Below are positions 10,161 to 19,239 of a stretch of DNA of 64,000 nt, one piece after another. How positions within the stretch are numbered: position 1 is the first letter of the stretch; every line of letters starts with the position of its first letter. A program made the position numbers and the translations under genes. Source of the DNA: Candidatus Angelobacter sp. (GTDB lineage Bacteria > Chloroflexota > Dormibacteria > Aeolococcales > Aeolococcaceae); the NCBI GenBank assembly GCA_035569495.1, contig DATMMX010000011.1, forward strand, positions 265,060 through 329,059, in the 5' to 3' direction. The notes below the pieces were generated by a model. The model ran no database searches, was not told the DNA's origin, and was given only the letters and a program-made list of their open reading frames with translations.

Positions 10161-10975
10161 CGGACGACGCGATCCGCAACGCGCTTCGGCGCGCAATGCG
10201 ACTAGAACCCAATCCTGGACTGGCGGATCGGATGACCGATCATGCACGGCGCGTCGGGCGAGGAGAAGTCGAGCCATCCGGGCCCCGCTTCTCCTTACTG
10301 ACAGTGGCCGGTTCTTTAGCCCTGTTCGCGGCGCTTGCAGCGGGTGGCGTCGTCGCCATGCAGCACCGTACCGCGTCCCGTCAGGCGTCGCCGCCGCCAG
10401 CGGTGGCGAGTCAGCCTGCGATCGTCCAGGGCACCGCCTCTGCCTCCGTGAGCCAGCCGACGGACGCGCCTTCGGCCAGCTCGGCGCCGACCGCTACCGC
10501 GCCTGGTGCGGCTTCGCCGAAAGCATCAGCATCGCCTGCGATCACCAACTGTCAGGCGGGGGACGTCACCGGGTCGTTCACTACGGGCGGCACCAATACC
10601 TATGCGGCTGGCGCCGACATTCGCGTATCGGCAACGGTGACCAACCGGTCGACCCATCAGTGCCGGGTGCCGTTGTCCTGCTACTGGACGTGGCGGGTCA
10701 CCGATAGCAATGGCCAGGTTGTCGGTGCCGGCCCGGCAGCGGGCGCGTGCGAGAACATCCCGGGTCCTGTTCTCCAGCCCGGCGCTAGCGACATGGAGCC
10801 GGTCGGTGACTGGTCGTCGGCAGGCCGCTCCTCGGGAAGCTACACGATCTCGGGGAGCCTCCAAGGGCTCGCGGCCGCTAGCACACGAGTCACGCTGATC
10901 GGTCCAGCCGCGACAACTACGGCGGCGCCGGCGACATCGACGCCCTACGCCACTCCCACGCCGCTGGTGCCTTGA
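10157..10975 (+). CDS. Putative anti-sigma factor, a membrane protein with a Ser/Ala/Thr-rich extracytoplasmic region, translationally coupled to the ECF sigma gene.
   Basis: ATGA overlap with the sigma gene. Single TM (FSLLTVAGSLALFAALAAGGVVAM) after a short cytoplasmic N-terminus. Low-complexity periplasmic part plus a Cys-containing C-terminal domain. Confidence 0.6.
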   Translation: MTDDAIRNALRRAMRLEPNPGLADRMTDHARRVGRGEVEPSGPRFSLLTVAGSLALFAALAAGGVVAMQHRTASRQASPPPAVASQPAIVQGTASASVSQPTDAPSASSAPTATAPGAASPKASASPAITNCQAGDVTGSFTTGGTNTYAAGADIRVSATVTNRSTHQCRVPLSCYWTWRVTDSNGQVVGAGPAAGACENIPGPVLQPGASDMEPVGDWSSAGRSSGSYTISGSLQGLAAASTRVTLIGPAATTTAAPATSTPYATPTPLVP

Positions 10976-11282
10976 GCCCTCGCCCCCCGGCGCCGATCGG
11001 TCCCGTTGCTGTTGTCGCCGGCGTCGCCTCGACCCTCCGGCCAAAGGGTGTCGGGGCTAGGGACCGCCAGCTTCGCCATCGACGAAGCCGACGACGCGAC
11101 TTGCTGTGTGGAGCGAGCGTCCTTGGGTCATGCGGCAGGCAACACAAGTCCCGACGTGACGGTTGACGAGCCGAGTCGCTCTCGCTCCGCAGCCGCAAGG
11201 CGCCGTGTCAGCGGCGCGGCCCCTTGGCAAAATGAGATTTCGGTCATGTCGGTCACGATGCCTGTAACGTCTCTCCCGAGCC

Positions 11283-11876
11283 GTGGGGCGTTTTGCGGCA
11301 CCCGCTGGAACCACGCGCCGACTCGATGTTGCAACCGAGCTGGCCGCGGCGGTGGCCGAGCTTGAGGTCCGAGAATCGTCGGGCGAGCTGGTCACCCGCC
11401 GCGCGATGCAGGATGTCGACGCGGAATGGCTGTTTGAGGCGCGTGACCACCATGCGAGCGACTGGTCACCCATGGTCGACGCCGCCGCGCGTACCTTCGG
11501 CCGCGCGTGGGCCGTCACGACGCGGTCCCGGCTCATCCGCCTCCGACTGGAGCTCCACGCCCGCGAAAATGACGGAGCGCCGTTGCCGCTGTGGGAAAGC
11601 AGGGCCCAGCGCCAGGGGCAAGCGTCCCTGGCCCGGCGAGTCGCGCTGATCCTCGACGCCTTGTATGCCTGGTGGGATATCGAGGTGCGGGTCGCTTGGC
11701 TCATGGCCGATGGGTGGGACGAGGCGGATGCACGCCGCGTCGTCGGTGCGCCCGGCAACGGCGAGCCACTGTTCGTGTGGGACGAACCGTGGCGCGAGAT
11801 TGCCTGGATGGTGCAGCACTGCGCGTGGACCTTCGCCGACGCTGCGCTCGCCGTGGCCGAGTTCGTCCCCGAATAA
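11283..11876 (+). CDS. Hypothetical protein (Trp-rich, acidic). The start is uncertain: GTG at 11283 or ATG at 11406.
   Basis: Protein-like composition (WLFEARDHHASDWSPMVDAAARTFGRAWAV...WWDIEVRVAWLMADGWDEADARRV), in contrast to the overlapping minus-strand ORF, which is Arg/Ser/Ala junk. Lower-GC promoter-like DNA upstream. Confidence 0.35.
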   Translation: MGRFAAPAGTTRRLDVATELAAAVAELEVRESSGELVTRRAMQDVDAEWLFEARDHHASDWSPMVDAAARTFGRAWAVTTRSRLIRLRLELHARENDGAPLPLWESRAQRQGQASLARRVALILDALYAWWDIEVRVAWLMADGWDEADARRVVGAPGNGEPLFVWDEPWREIAWMVQHCAWTFADAALAVAEFVPE

Positions 11877-12127
11877 GAGGATGCCGCGGGGGATGGGCGG
11901 CCAGACGGCAGCTGGGACGGCCGGCCCATACCGCCAGTCGATCGGTGATGTGCACGCCCGTGTCCTGGGTGGCACAAGAGCTGGACACGGCCTCTCCCGC
12001 TCTCACGCAGCACTCACTTGATTCTCGCGTCGGAGCTGACGATGGTCCAAGCCGGATCGCTGGCCGGCGTCACCTCAATCGACAATGTCTGTTGCAACAA
12101 AAGGGCAAGCTAGCGTATCATTGGCAC

Positions 12128-12622
12128 ATGGCCGGTGGCGATCTGAGAACCGACGCCGTGGCTCTCGCGTTGGCCGCGTTCTTCGCGCCGACGCTTGTCG
12201 CCGCCGCCCGGCACCGCGGTGCGCTCGGATCGACGCTCGCCGTCAACCTGCTTCTCGGCTGGACGGGCGTTGGCTGGCTCCTGGCGTGGGTCCTCGCCTT
12301 TCGTGATCGCCGCCCCCTCGTCTCGGTCGGCGTCGTGGTTGCTGGACACGCCGCGCCAATCAGCGCCGGCGTCCTGCTTGCCCCCGACGGACGTCACTGG
12401 TGGAATGGAGCCGAGTGGTCCGACGGATGGATCGAGGCGCCCTGGGGCGCGATGTGGTCCCCTGCCGGTACTCACTGGCTCGCGGGCGGCGACCGATGGG
12501 TCCCGGCGGGTGGTCCGCTGAACGCCGGCTGCGCCGTCGATGCCTCGGCGGCGACGACCGATCTTCCAGACGAGCCGGAGTGGTGGCGGCGCCTGCAGCT
12601 CGGCGGCGGTGGCCACTCGTGA
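12128..12622 (+). CDS. Small membrane protein with an N-terminal superinfection-immunity-like (Imm_superinfect-type GW...GW) TM region and a Trp-rich C-terminal tail.
   Basis: LAVNLLLGWTGVGWLLAWVLAF motif. ATG at 12128. The 5' part of the listed ORF (11591-12127) overlaps the previous gene and looks non-coding. Confidence 0.5.
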   Translation: MAGGDLRTDAVALALAAFFAPTLVAAARHRGALGSTLAVNLLLGWTGVGWLLAWVLAFRDRRPLVSVGVVVAGHAAPISAGVLLAPDGRHWWNGAEWSDGWIEAPWGAMWSPAGTHWLAGGDRWVPAGGPLNAGCAVDASAATTDLPDEPEWWRRLQLGGGGHS

Positions 12623-12776
12623 ACGCCGCTGTTCTCACGACGCACGACGCCTCCACGGCGCGTGACCGCGCTGGTGACCGCGGGCACGCGCTGGTCCGCC
12701 GCGGGACTTTGGCTACAACTTTGGCTACAGCGGCCCTTCCGACCACCGATCGAGGGGTCAAAGTTGAGACTGGATA

Positions 12777-12851
12777 TGGCTGGGGAGAGAGGATTCGAAC
12801 CTCTGATTGGCTGATCCAGAGTCAGCTGCCTTACCACTTGGCCACTCCCCA
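12777..12851 (-). tRNA. tRNA-Gln (anticodon CTG), 75 nt including the encoded CCA.
   Basis: Reverse complement folds as UGGGGAG/CUCCCCA acceptor, GCCAAGUGGUAAGGC D-arm, anticodon loop CUCUGGA, T-arm AGAGGUUCGAAUCCUCU and G-CCA end. Close to the canonical bacterial tRNA-Gln. Confidence 0.85.
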
Positions 12852-12904
12852 GCGGCGCGGGAGAGTTTACCCGAGGGGGTGGGGCGGCCAAGCTTGACGA
12901 GGGG

Positions 12905-13324
12905 GTGGCGGAGGAGTTTGGATTCGGCGACCCGGGCCTATACTGGCCTCCGATGGACCTTCTTGAGCTGCTCAGATCCCAGGCCCGGCGGTACCGCTGT
13001 GCGGCGTGCGGCAAGAGCATGGCCGACTGCGACATCAACATCCTCGCCCAGCAGGGGAACCGCGCCCTGGTGCGGGTGACCTGCACGTCCTGCAAGGACG
13101 AGAACCTGCTCCAGATCGTCTTCCAGGCGGAGGGCGAGGTGCTGGCGGAGGCCGACGACGGTGCGCCTGTTGTGGCGACCCGGCGGCGGCGGCCCACCAT
13201 CGACGAGGGGCTGCCCGAGATGGGCGAGCCGATCAGCTCGGACGAGCTGCTCGACCTCCACTCCCTGCTCCGCGACCACTCCGGCGACTTCCGCGAGCTC
13301 GTCGGCTCCACCACCGCCGAGTAG
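12905..13324 (+). CDS. Hypothetical zinc-ribbon protein (CxxC...CxxC).
   Basis: CAACGKSMADCD ... CTSCKDENLL paired cysteines. Acidic C-terminus. Convergent with the PBP gene. Confidence 0.5.
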   Translation: MAEEFGFGDPGLYWPPMDLLELLRSQARRYRCAACGKSMADCDINILAQQGNRALVRVTCTSCKDENLLQIVFQAEGEVLAEADDGAPVVATRRRRPTIDEGLPEMGEPISSDELLDLHSLLRDHSGDFRELVGSTTAE

Positions 13325-13337
13325 ACGCCTCGACCAA

Positions 13338-15605
13338 CTAGGTCGGCGCGGGAGGCGGAGCGGCAGCAGTCAGTTGCGGTGTGGGCGTGGGCGTCGGTGA
13401 GGACTTCGGAAGCCCGAACGTCGGCGACGGCGCCAGCGTGAAGGTCGGCAGCACGGTCGGCGCCGGGGTCGGCGAGGGGGCGGCCGAGGGCGAGGGAGTA
13501 GGCGAGGGCGACGGCGTCGGGGTCGGGCAGCCCTCCGTCAGCGACGGGTCGAGCGAGGCGGACGAGGACGCCGCGGTGCAGTCGCTCAGAGCGCCGTTCA
13601 CCACAGGGAAGTCGTGCACCGGCAGGGTCAGCGAGTTGACGAACCGCGCCGAGATGTTGGTCCCCACGTCGTTGCCGTAGACCTGGTCCATGCCGATCTC
13701 CGCCCCGGTGGCGTCGGTGTGCCCCGCCCAGGTGGCCACGACGAAGTCCGGGCTGTAGGCCATGTAGTACGCGTCGACGAAGTTGTCGGTGGTGCCCGAC
13801 TTGGCGGCGATGGGGCGGTTGAAGTGGATGCCCCACCGCGCCGGATAGCCCTTGAGGATCTTGGTCATCGCGTACGCCTGCGGCTGGGTCATCACCTGCG
13901 CGCCGGCCGGCGGCGCCGGCTCGTCGACCAGGGTGTTGCCATTGCCGTCGACCACTTTGAGGATCGACCGCGGCGTCACCTTGTGCCCGTAGTTCGAGAA
14001 GGCCGCATAGGCGGCGGCGTGCTCGATCATCTTCACCGACGAGGTGCCGATCGCCGTCGAGGCGTTGTCGGAGAGCTGCGTCGAGATCCCCAGCGACTGC
14101 GCGAAGCCGATGACCTGCGGGATGCCCGCCATGGTGATCGCCTGCTCGGCCGGGATGTTGCGCGAGTCGAGCAGCGCCTTGGCCGCGGTGATGCGCCCTT
14201 CGTACGAGCGGTCGAAGTCCTTGACACCGTTGAGCTTTGCCGACTCGGCGGCGGTGTCGTCGAGCACCGTCGAGGGCTTCAGCTTGCCGTTGATGAAGCC
14301 CTCCTCGTACACGTACGGCTTGAACGACGACCCCGGCCGCCGCTCCGCGGTGACCACGTTGTACTGCCCGGCGATGCTGTCGTTGCTGAAGTCGGCCGAG
14401 CCCACCATGGCGAGCACGTCACCGGTGTGCGAGTCGAGCATCAGCAGCGCGCCGTTGTTGGCGTTGCGCTTGATCGCCGCCACACCCTTGGCCACCGCGT
14501 CGTTCGCCTTGCCCTGCAACGAAAGGTCGAGCGTTGTCGTCACGGTGAGGTCGCCCGCGGTGACGTTGGGATCGTCGGCGAAACGCTGCTGGAGCTGGTT
14601 GCGCACGTACTGCACGAAGTGCGGCGCGCTGCCCAGGGTGGCGAGCTGCTTGCCGTGCTGCAGGTCGTCGGTCAGCGCCTTCTGGTTGGCCTGCTGCTTG
14701 GCGAGCAGATCCGGCGCCGCCGCAGAACCGCCCACCAGCGGGTCGACGTCGTTCGCCTGCTGCTGGGTGATCCTGCCCATCGCCACCAGTCCACCCAGCA
14801 CGTAGTGCTGTCGCGTGAACGCCGACGACGGGTTCTGCTTGGGGTCGTACTGCGATGGCGCCTGGGGCAGCCCGGCGAGCAGCGAGGCCTCGCGCAGGTC
14901 TAGGTCCTTGGCGTCCTTGCCGAAGAAGGTCTGCGCCGCGTTCTGGATGCCGTACGCGCCCTCACCGTAGTAGATGATGTTGAGGTACTTCTCCAGGATC
15001 TGCGCCTTGGTGTACTTGGAGTCGATCTCGCTGGCGATCATCGCCTCGCGCAGCTTGCGCAGCGGCGACTTGTCGGCGTTGGCACCGAAGAAGGCCAGCT
15101 TGGCGAGCTGCTGGGTGATCGTGCTCGCGCCCTGCGACGGGCGCCGCGCGATGACGTCGGTGAACAGCGCCTTGACCACACGCGGGAAGTCGAAGGCCCC
15201 CTCGCTGTAGAAGTTGCGGTCCTCGGCGGCGAGGGTGGCGTCCTGCTGGATGGTGGCGATCTGGGTGATGGGCACGAAGGTGCGGCTGGTCGAGTCGTTG
15301 CCCACCGAGGCGATCATCTGGCCGTGGCGGTCGAGGATCTTGATGGTCCCGGTGGCCTGGCCCAGCTTGCTGAGGTCGGGCAGGGTCGCCGCGGCGTAGG
15401 CGACCATGCCGGCGAGCAGGACCACCACCGCGGCAAACCCCAGCACGCCGATGCGGATGGCCATGCGCCAGCGCGGCGAGAGGTTGCGCCACCAGCGCGG
15501 CCCGCGCGGCTGACGCGCGCGACGGCCTCCGGCAACAGCCCCCGTGCCCACGGGGCCGAGGGACGCGCCCGACCTGCGCCCGCGGCCGCCGGACCGCCGT
15601 CTCAC
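13338..15605 (-). CDS. Class A penicillin-binding protein (bifunctional GT51 transglycosylase / transpeptidase) with a Pro/Ser/Thr-rich C-terminal tail.
   Basis: GT51 motifs (EDRNFYSEGAFD, ASTITQQLAKL, YLNIIYYGEGAYGIQNAAQTFFGK). Transpeptidase SxxK (GSSFKP) and KSGT motifs. N-terminal basic tail plus TM. Confidence 0.85.
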   Translation of the reverse strand: MRRRSGGRGRRSGASLGPVGTGAVAGGRRARQPRGPRWWRNLSPRWRMAIRIGVLGFAAVVVLLAGMVAYAAATLPDLSKLGQATGTIKILDRHGQMIASVGNDSTSRTFVPITQIATIQQDATLAAEDRNFYSEGAFDFPRVVKALFTDVIARRPSQGASTITQQLAKLAFFGANADKSPLRKLREAMIASEIDSKYTKAQILEKYLNIIYYGEGAYGIQNAAQTFFGKDAKDLDLREASLLAGLPQAPSQYDPKQNPSSAFTRQHYVLGGLVAMGRITQQQANDVDPLVGGSAAAPDLLAKQQANQKALTDDLQHGKQLATLGSAPHFVQYVRNQLQQRFADDPNVTAGDLTVTTTLDLSLQGKANDAVAKGVAAIKRNANNGALLMLDSHTGDVLAMVGSADFSNDSIAGQYNVVTAERRPGSSFKPYVYEEGFINGKLKPSTVLDDTAAESAKLNGVKDFDRSYEGRITAAKALLDSRNIPAEQAITMAGIPQVIGFAQSLGISTQLSDNASTAIGTSSVKMIEHAAAYAAFSNYGHKVTPRSILKVVDGNGNTLVDEPAPPAGAQVMTQPQAYAMTKILKGYPARWGIHFNRPIAAKSGTTDNFVDAYYMAYSPDFVVATWAGHTDATGAEIGMDQVYGNDVGTNISARFVNSLTLPVHDFPVVNGALSDCTAASSSASLDPSLTEGCPTPTPSPSPTPSPSAAPSPTPAPTVLPTFTLAPSPTFGLPKSSPTPTPTPQLTAAAPPPAPT

Positions 15606-15725
15606 GAGGGCAAGGAGGGGGTGGGGGAATGCATGTGCTCACTCGAACCGTGCCGCGTTCCCTCGCGGCGAGGGCCACGGCAGGGGGAAGCCGCGGCGCA
15701 AGAAACTTCCGGGGACGGGCCTCGG

Positions 15726-16184
15726 TCAGCCCGGGTTGGGGGTTGCGGGCTCCGCCTGTGCCCGCTGAGCGTACCGGCGCGCGACCATCGAGGCGCCTGC
15801 CGCAGCTCCGGCGGTGGCCCCTCGGACGGCCAGCTTCTGCCACAGCGGCTTGGCATCCTCCGCCGCGCCGTGCTTGCCGTGCAGCTCCTCGCGGAGCTCG
15901 CGGACCTGCCGGGCCAGCTCGTCGAAGGACGGCGTGGGCTCAGCCGAAGCAGCCTGCCCGCCGCCCGCCTTGCCGCGGCCGAACTTGGCCCGCAGCACCA
16001 CCACGCCCACGGCGACCAGCACCAGCCCGCCGGCGATGGCCACCACCTGGGGCCCGTCGCGGCGCAGCCGGGCCTTCCAGTCGAGCTCGTGGCGGATGCG
16101 CCGCTCCAGCTTGTCGAGGTCGGCTTCGAGGGCGACGCGGGTCAGGTCGCGCTCTTGTCTCGCCTGGTCAACTGCTTGACCCAC
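15726..16184 (-). CDS. DUF3618-like small membrane protein, the usual partner of the actinobacterial holin-family gene.
   Basis: GTG at 16184 preceded by AAGGAGGA with a 6-nt spacer. Coiled-coil N-terminus, one TM (VVAIAGGLVLVAVGVVVL) and an Ala-rich C-terminus. Overlaps the upstream gene's stop. Confidence 0.5.
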   Translation of the reverse strand: MGQAVDQARQERDLTRVALEADLDKLERRIRHELDWKARLRRDGPQVVAIAGGLVLVAVGVVVLRAKFGRGKAGGGQAASAEPTPSFDELARQVRELREELHGKHGAAEDAKPLWQKLAVRGATAGAAAGASMVARRYAQRAQAEPATPNPG

Positions 16185-16552
16185 GCGACGTCCTCCTTGA
16201 TGGCGGCGATGGTCTGCTGCTGGGTGCGCACCATGGCCCGGATGCGCAGGACGGCGAGCAGCCCGAGCAGCACGGCGACGAGCAGGAAGCCGGCCCCGGC
16301 CAGGGCCCACGACCACCACACGTCACCGAAGTGCTGGGGCAGCGCCGCGAAGGCCAGCGTCATGCCGACGATGATCAGCGGCAGGGCCAGGGCGACCAGG
16401 GCGATGGCCACCACTCCCCGCTTGAGGCTCTCCACCGCACCCGCCTTGGCGAGCTCGATCTCCATGCGGACCAGGCGCGCCGTGTCGTCGGCGATCTGCC
16501 TGCCGATGTCGCCCAGGCTCTCCTGGTCGCGCTGAGGCTGGGTTGCTGCCAT
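16142..16552 (-). CDS. Phage-holin-family (actinobacterial holin-X / DUF1469-type) membrane protein.
   Basis: LGDIGRQIADDTARLVRMEIELAKAGAVESLKRGVV followed by two TM segments. The pattern matches the widespread actinobacterial putative holin family. Confidence 0.55.
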   Translation of the reverse strand: MAATQPQRDQESLGDIGRQIADDTARLVRMEIELAKAGAVESLKRGVVAIALVALALPLIIVGMTLAFAALPQHFGDVWWSWALAGAGFLLVAVLLGLLAVLRIRAMVRTQQQTIAAIKEDVAWVKQLTRRDKSAT

Positions 16553-16578
16553 ATGGTCGACTATCCCCGTGGTGCTCG

Positions 16579-16971
16579 TCAGACGTCGAGCTGGGAGACG
16601 TCGATGTCGCGCAGACCGGGCGGCGACTCGACGCCGTGCTCATGGAGCAGTTTGAGCAACTGCAGCACGTAACGCACGCCGTTGAGGTTGACACCGTGAT
16701 TGCGGGTCAGGTTCTGGATGGTCTGCAACTTGTGGATGTCCCGCTGCGAGAAGCGGCGCCGGTTGGTCGAGGTGCGCTGCGGCACGACCAGCCCCATGTT
16801 CTCGTACATCATCAGCGTGCGCGGATGGGTCTCGAGGATCTCCGACGCCACGCTGATGGTGTAGATGGGCTTGTCCAGCGAGAGGTTGAGCTCCCGTGGC
16901 TGCCGGTCGTCTCGGTCGGAGTTGTCGCCGGACCCCGCCGGACCGCCGCGCCCGCCTATTCTTTCAGCCAC
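16579..16971 (-). CDS. MerR-family transcriptional regulator (HspR-like), paralog 1.
   Basis: YTISVASEILETHPRTLMMYENMGLVVPQRTSTNRRRFSQRDIHKLQTIQNLTR HTH plus dimerisation helix. GTG start. Confidence 0.75.
   Translation of the reverse strand: MAERIGGRGGPAGSGDNSDRDDRQPRELNLSLDKPIYTISVASEILETHPRTLMMYENMGLVVPQRTSTNRRRFSQRDIHKLQTIQNLTRNHGVNLNGVRYVLQLLKLLHEHGVESPPGLRDIDVSQLDV
16600..16870. repeat. Paralogous repeat copy A (MerR core), about 80% nucleotide identity with 17560-17830.
   Basis: Direct comparison of the two segments, e.g. cgccgttgaggttga...ctgatggtgtagat shared blocks. Confidence 0.6.
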
Positions 16972-17336
16972 TCGCCGATGCCCTCGGAGAGCGAGCTGGG
17001 CGTGGTCTGCGCCTTGATGAGGAACTCGTGGGCGCCGAGCTTGAGGCCGCGGTCGACCAGCTCCTTCTCCCCGTAGTTGCTCAGCATGATCACCGGGATG
17101 GCGGCCGTGTCGTCGTTCTGGCGGAGCGCCTGGAGGACCTCGAAGCCGTCCTTCTTGGGCAGGCGGATGTCCAGGAAGATGATGTCGGGCTTGAGCTCGG
17201 TGGCGCGCTCGATGCCCTCCTCGCCATCGACGGCCACGTTCACCCGGTAGCCGTCCAGCTCCAGCTTCATGCGGTACATCTCGAGCACCGCGGGATCGTC
17301 CTCGATGAGGAGGACGTCGATGACCTCGTCGTCCAC
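16956..17336 (-). CDS. Single-domain response regulator (CheY-like receiver).
   Basis: VLLIEDDPAVLEMYRMKLE...PDIIFLDIRLPKKDGFEVLQALRQ...IPVIMLSNYGEKE. GTG at 17336 with a GGAGG RBS 5 nt upstream. The listed ORF's N-terminus (to 17462) is unlikely to be coding. Confidence 0.75.
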   Translation of the reverse strand: MDDEVIDVLLIEDDPAVLEMYRMKLELDGYRVNVAVDGEEGIERATELKPDIIFLDIRLPKKDGFEVLQALRQNDDTAAIPVIMLSNYGEKELVDRGLKLGAHEFLIKAQTTPSSLSEGIGEWLKE

Positions 17337-17537
17337 AGCAGCCTCCGCGTTGGCCCGTTCGTCAATGATCAAAAGGGAGAAACCTCGCGCAGTATACCGG
17401 CGCGGTCGCACCGAACGACACAGCCCGAACTGATCGTGGCATGCCATCACCGCTTTCAGCAAAGCTGCTAGCGGAGTGTACGGCCAACGGACCCGGCACG
17501 GCTGCCGCGCGCGCCCGACGGGCGCCCCGGGCGGGCC

Positions 17538-17942
17538 TCAGAGCTTGACGTGGGTGACGTCGATGTCGGCCAGGTAGTCGGGGCGGGACACCTTGTGGGC
17601 GTCCATCAGCTGCAGGCACTGGATCACGTAGCGGGCGCCGTTGAGGTTGAGCCCGTGGTGGCGGGTCAGCCGCTGGATGGCCTGCAGGGTGAGGATGTCG
17701 CGCTGCGAGTAGCGGCGCCGGTTGGTCGCCGTCCGGTGCGGCACGACCAGCCCGAGGTGCTCGTACATCATCAGCGTGCGCGGGTGGGTCTCGAGGATCT
17801 CCGCGGCGACGCTGATGGTGTAGATCGGCTTGTCGAGGCCGACCTGGGCCGAGGTGGGGACTGCTGCAGGGGCGACGGTCACGGGATGCTCCCTGTCCAT
17901 CGCGCGGCTGCGTGGCTGTGGCGGATCAGTGGCGGTGGACAT
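17538..17942 (-). CDS. MerR-family transcriptional regulator (HspR-like), paralog 2, about 80% identical to paralog 1 over the core.
   Basis: YTISVAAEILETHPRTLMMYEHLGLVVPHRTATNRRRYSQRDILTLQAIQRLTR. Start at 17942 or 17900. About 270 nt of DNA-level similarity with 16600-16870. Confidence 0.7.
   Translation of the reverse strand: MSTATDPPQPRSRAMDREHPVTVAPAAVPTSAQVGLDKPIYTISVAAEILETHPRTLMMYEHLGLVVPHRTATNRRRYSQRDILTLQAIQRLTRHHGLNLNGARYVIQCLQLMDAHKVSRPDYLADIDVTHVKL
17560..17830. repeat. Paralogous repeat copy B (MerR core).
   Basis: See copy A. Confidence 0.6.
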
Positions 17943-18164
17943 CGGTGGGGGTAGAAAACGCTCGCTAGTATACGGCCGCATTTCTGATACAGCGCCCTGG
18001 CGTAACACTTCTTTTGCGCGCCCACCCAGGTTTTCTCAGACGGTCATCGCGGCGTAACCCAGGGGGTCGGGCCCCCGTTTGCCCCTGTGCCCCCGGCCGC
18101 AGCCGCCTGGGCCCATCCCTTCCCCCGACCTTCACCACCTCGAACCCACACCTGGAGGAGCGCG

Positions 18165-18335
18165 ATGATCCAGCCGGACGGACGCGCGTCGCTCGACGTC
18201 CGTGAGCGCTACCTGCACCGCCGCAGCCGCCGCCGCCTCGCCTTCGGCGACCGTGGCGTGGTCGCGATCTGGATCGGCCTGGCCACCCTGGTCGCCTGGC
18301 TGTTCATCGCCGGATTCGCCGGCCTCACCCACTAG
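18165..18335 (+). CDS. Small (56 aa) membrane protein of unknown function.
   Basis: ATG at 18165 with a GGAGGAG RBS 5 nt upstream. Basic N-terminus then one TM (VVAIWIGLATLVAWLFIAGFAGL). Confidence 0.4.
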   Translation: MIQPDGRASLDVRERYLHRRSRRRLAFGDRGVVAIWIGLATLVAWLFIAGFAGLTH

Positions 18336-18350
18336 GGGCCGCCCGGACCC

Positions 18351-19232
18351 TCACCGGGCCTGGAGGCGCTCGACCAGCTCGGTGAGCGTCTCGGCCCACG
18401 CCTCGGGCCCCGGGAGCTGCCACTCGGCAGCCTCCATCAGCCCCGGCGGCGCCTCCGCGGCGTCGCCCACCGCCACGCCCACGGCGTGCTCCAGCCCCGC
18501 CGCCAGGCGCAGCATGGGCAGGTCGCCGACGTCGTCGCCGGCGATGCACAGCGCGGCGTCCCTCCAGCGCCCCCGGCGCACGTCGGCCACCGCGTCGGCC
18601 TTGGTGCGCTTCAGCGGCACGCGCAGCTCGGCGACCATCTTGCCGGGCACCACCGCCAGCTCCCAGCGGGCCGCCACCTCCGCGGCCAGCTCCTGGGCGC
18701 AGGCGTTGCTCCCCGGCCGCTCCAGCCCGCGGGTGTGGATGACCACGCCGCAGCGCTTGCGCTCCAGCCGCGCCCCCGGGCAGCGCCCCTCACGCAGCGC
18801 GTGCTCCAGCTCGGCGTTGGCCGCCTCCAGCGCGGGCAGCCAGCGCTCCGCGGCCGCCACCACCGTGGAACCGCCGTCGCCGCGGCGCCGCTCCAGCCCG
18901 TAGTTGCCGGAGACGACCGCCTCGGGGCCGAGCACGATGCGCCGGTAGACGTCGTCGCTGTCGCGCGCGGTGATCAGTGCCACCCGCGTGGGGACCTGCG
19001 CGTCACGCCCGGTCGAGGCGCCGCGCCGCGACAGCCAGGCCAGCGCCCGCTCCGCCGCCGGCAGGGCGTGCACCTCGCCGGGACGGCTGCGGATCGGCGC
19101 CACCGAGCCGTCGAAGTCGGTGCAGAGCAGCAGCGCGCCGCACTGCAGCGCGGTTTGCGTGATCAGCTCGGCGAGCTGATGCGGTGTGGTCGGACGCGCC
19201 CGGGTCGACGGGAGCACTGCCTGGTCACTCAT
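18351..19232 (-). CDS. otsB: Trehalose-6-phosphate phosphatase (HAD family).
   Basis: LLLCTDFDGSVAPI (HAD motif I), VALITARD, GDDVGD motif. Directly downstream of otsA on the same strand. Confidence 0.8.
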   Translation of the reverse strand: MSDQAVLPSTRARPTTPHQLAELITQTALQCGALLLCTDFDGSVAPIRSRPGEVHALPAAERALAWLSRRGASTGRDAQVPTRVALITARDSDDVYRRIVLGPEAVVSGNYGLERRRGDGGSTVVAAAERWLPALEAANAELEHALREGRCPGARLERKRCGVVIHTRGLERPGSNACAQELAAEVAARWELAVVPGKMVAELRVPLKRTKADAVADVRRGRWRDAALCIAGDDVGDLPMLRLAAGLEHAVGVAVGDAAEAPPGLMEAAEWQLPGPEAWAETLTELVERLQAR

Positions 19233-19239
19233 CGATGCC

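Noticed and set aside
11057-12013. 318-aa minus-strand ORF overlapping the 11283..11876 plus gene
   Set aside because: Ser/Arg/Ala-rich junk translation. The plus-strand ORF has protein-like composition.
14962-15843. Multiple long ORFs antisense to or overlapping the PBP gene (including 13614..14903+ and 14962..15843-)
   Set aside because: Arg/Gly/His-rich artefacts of 70% GC. The PBP reading frame has unambiguous catalytic motifs.
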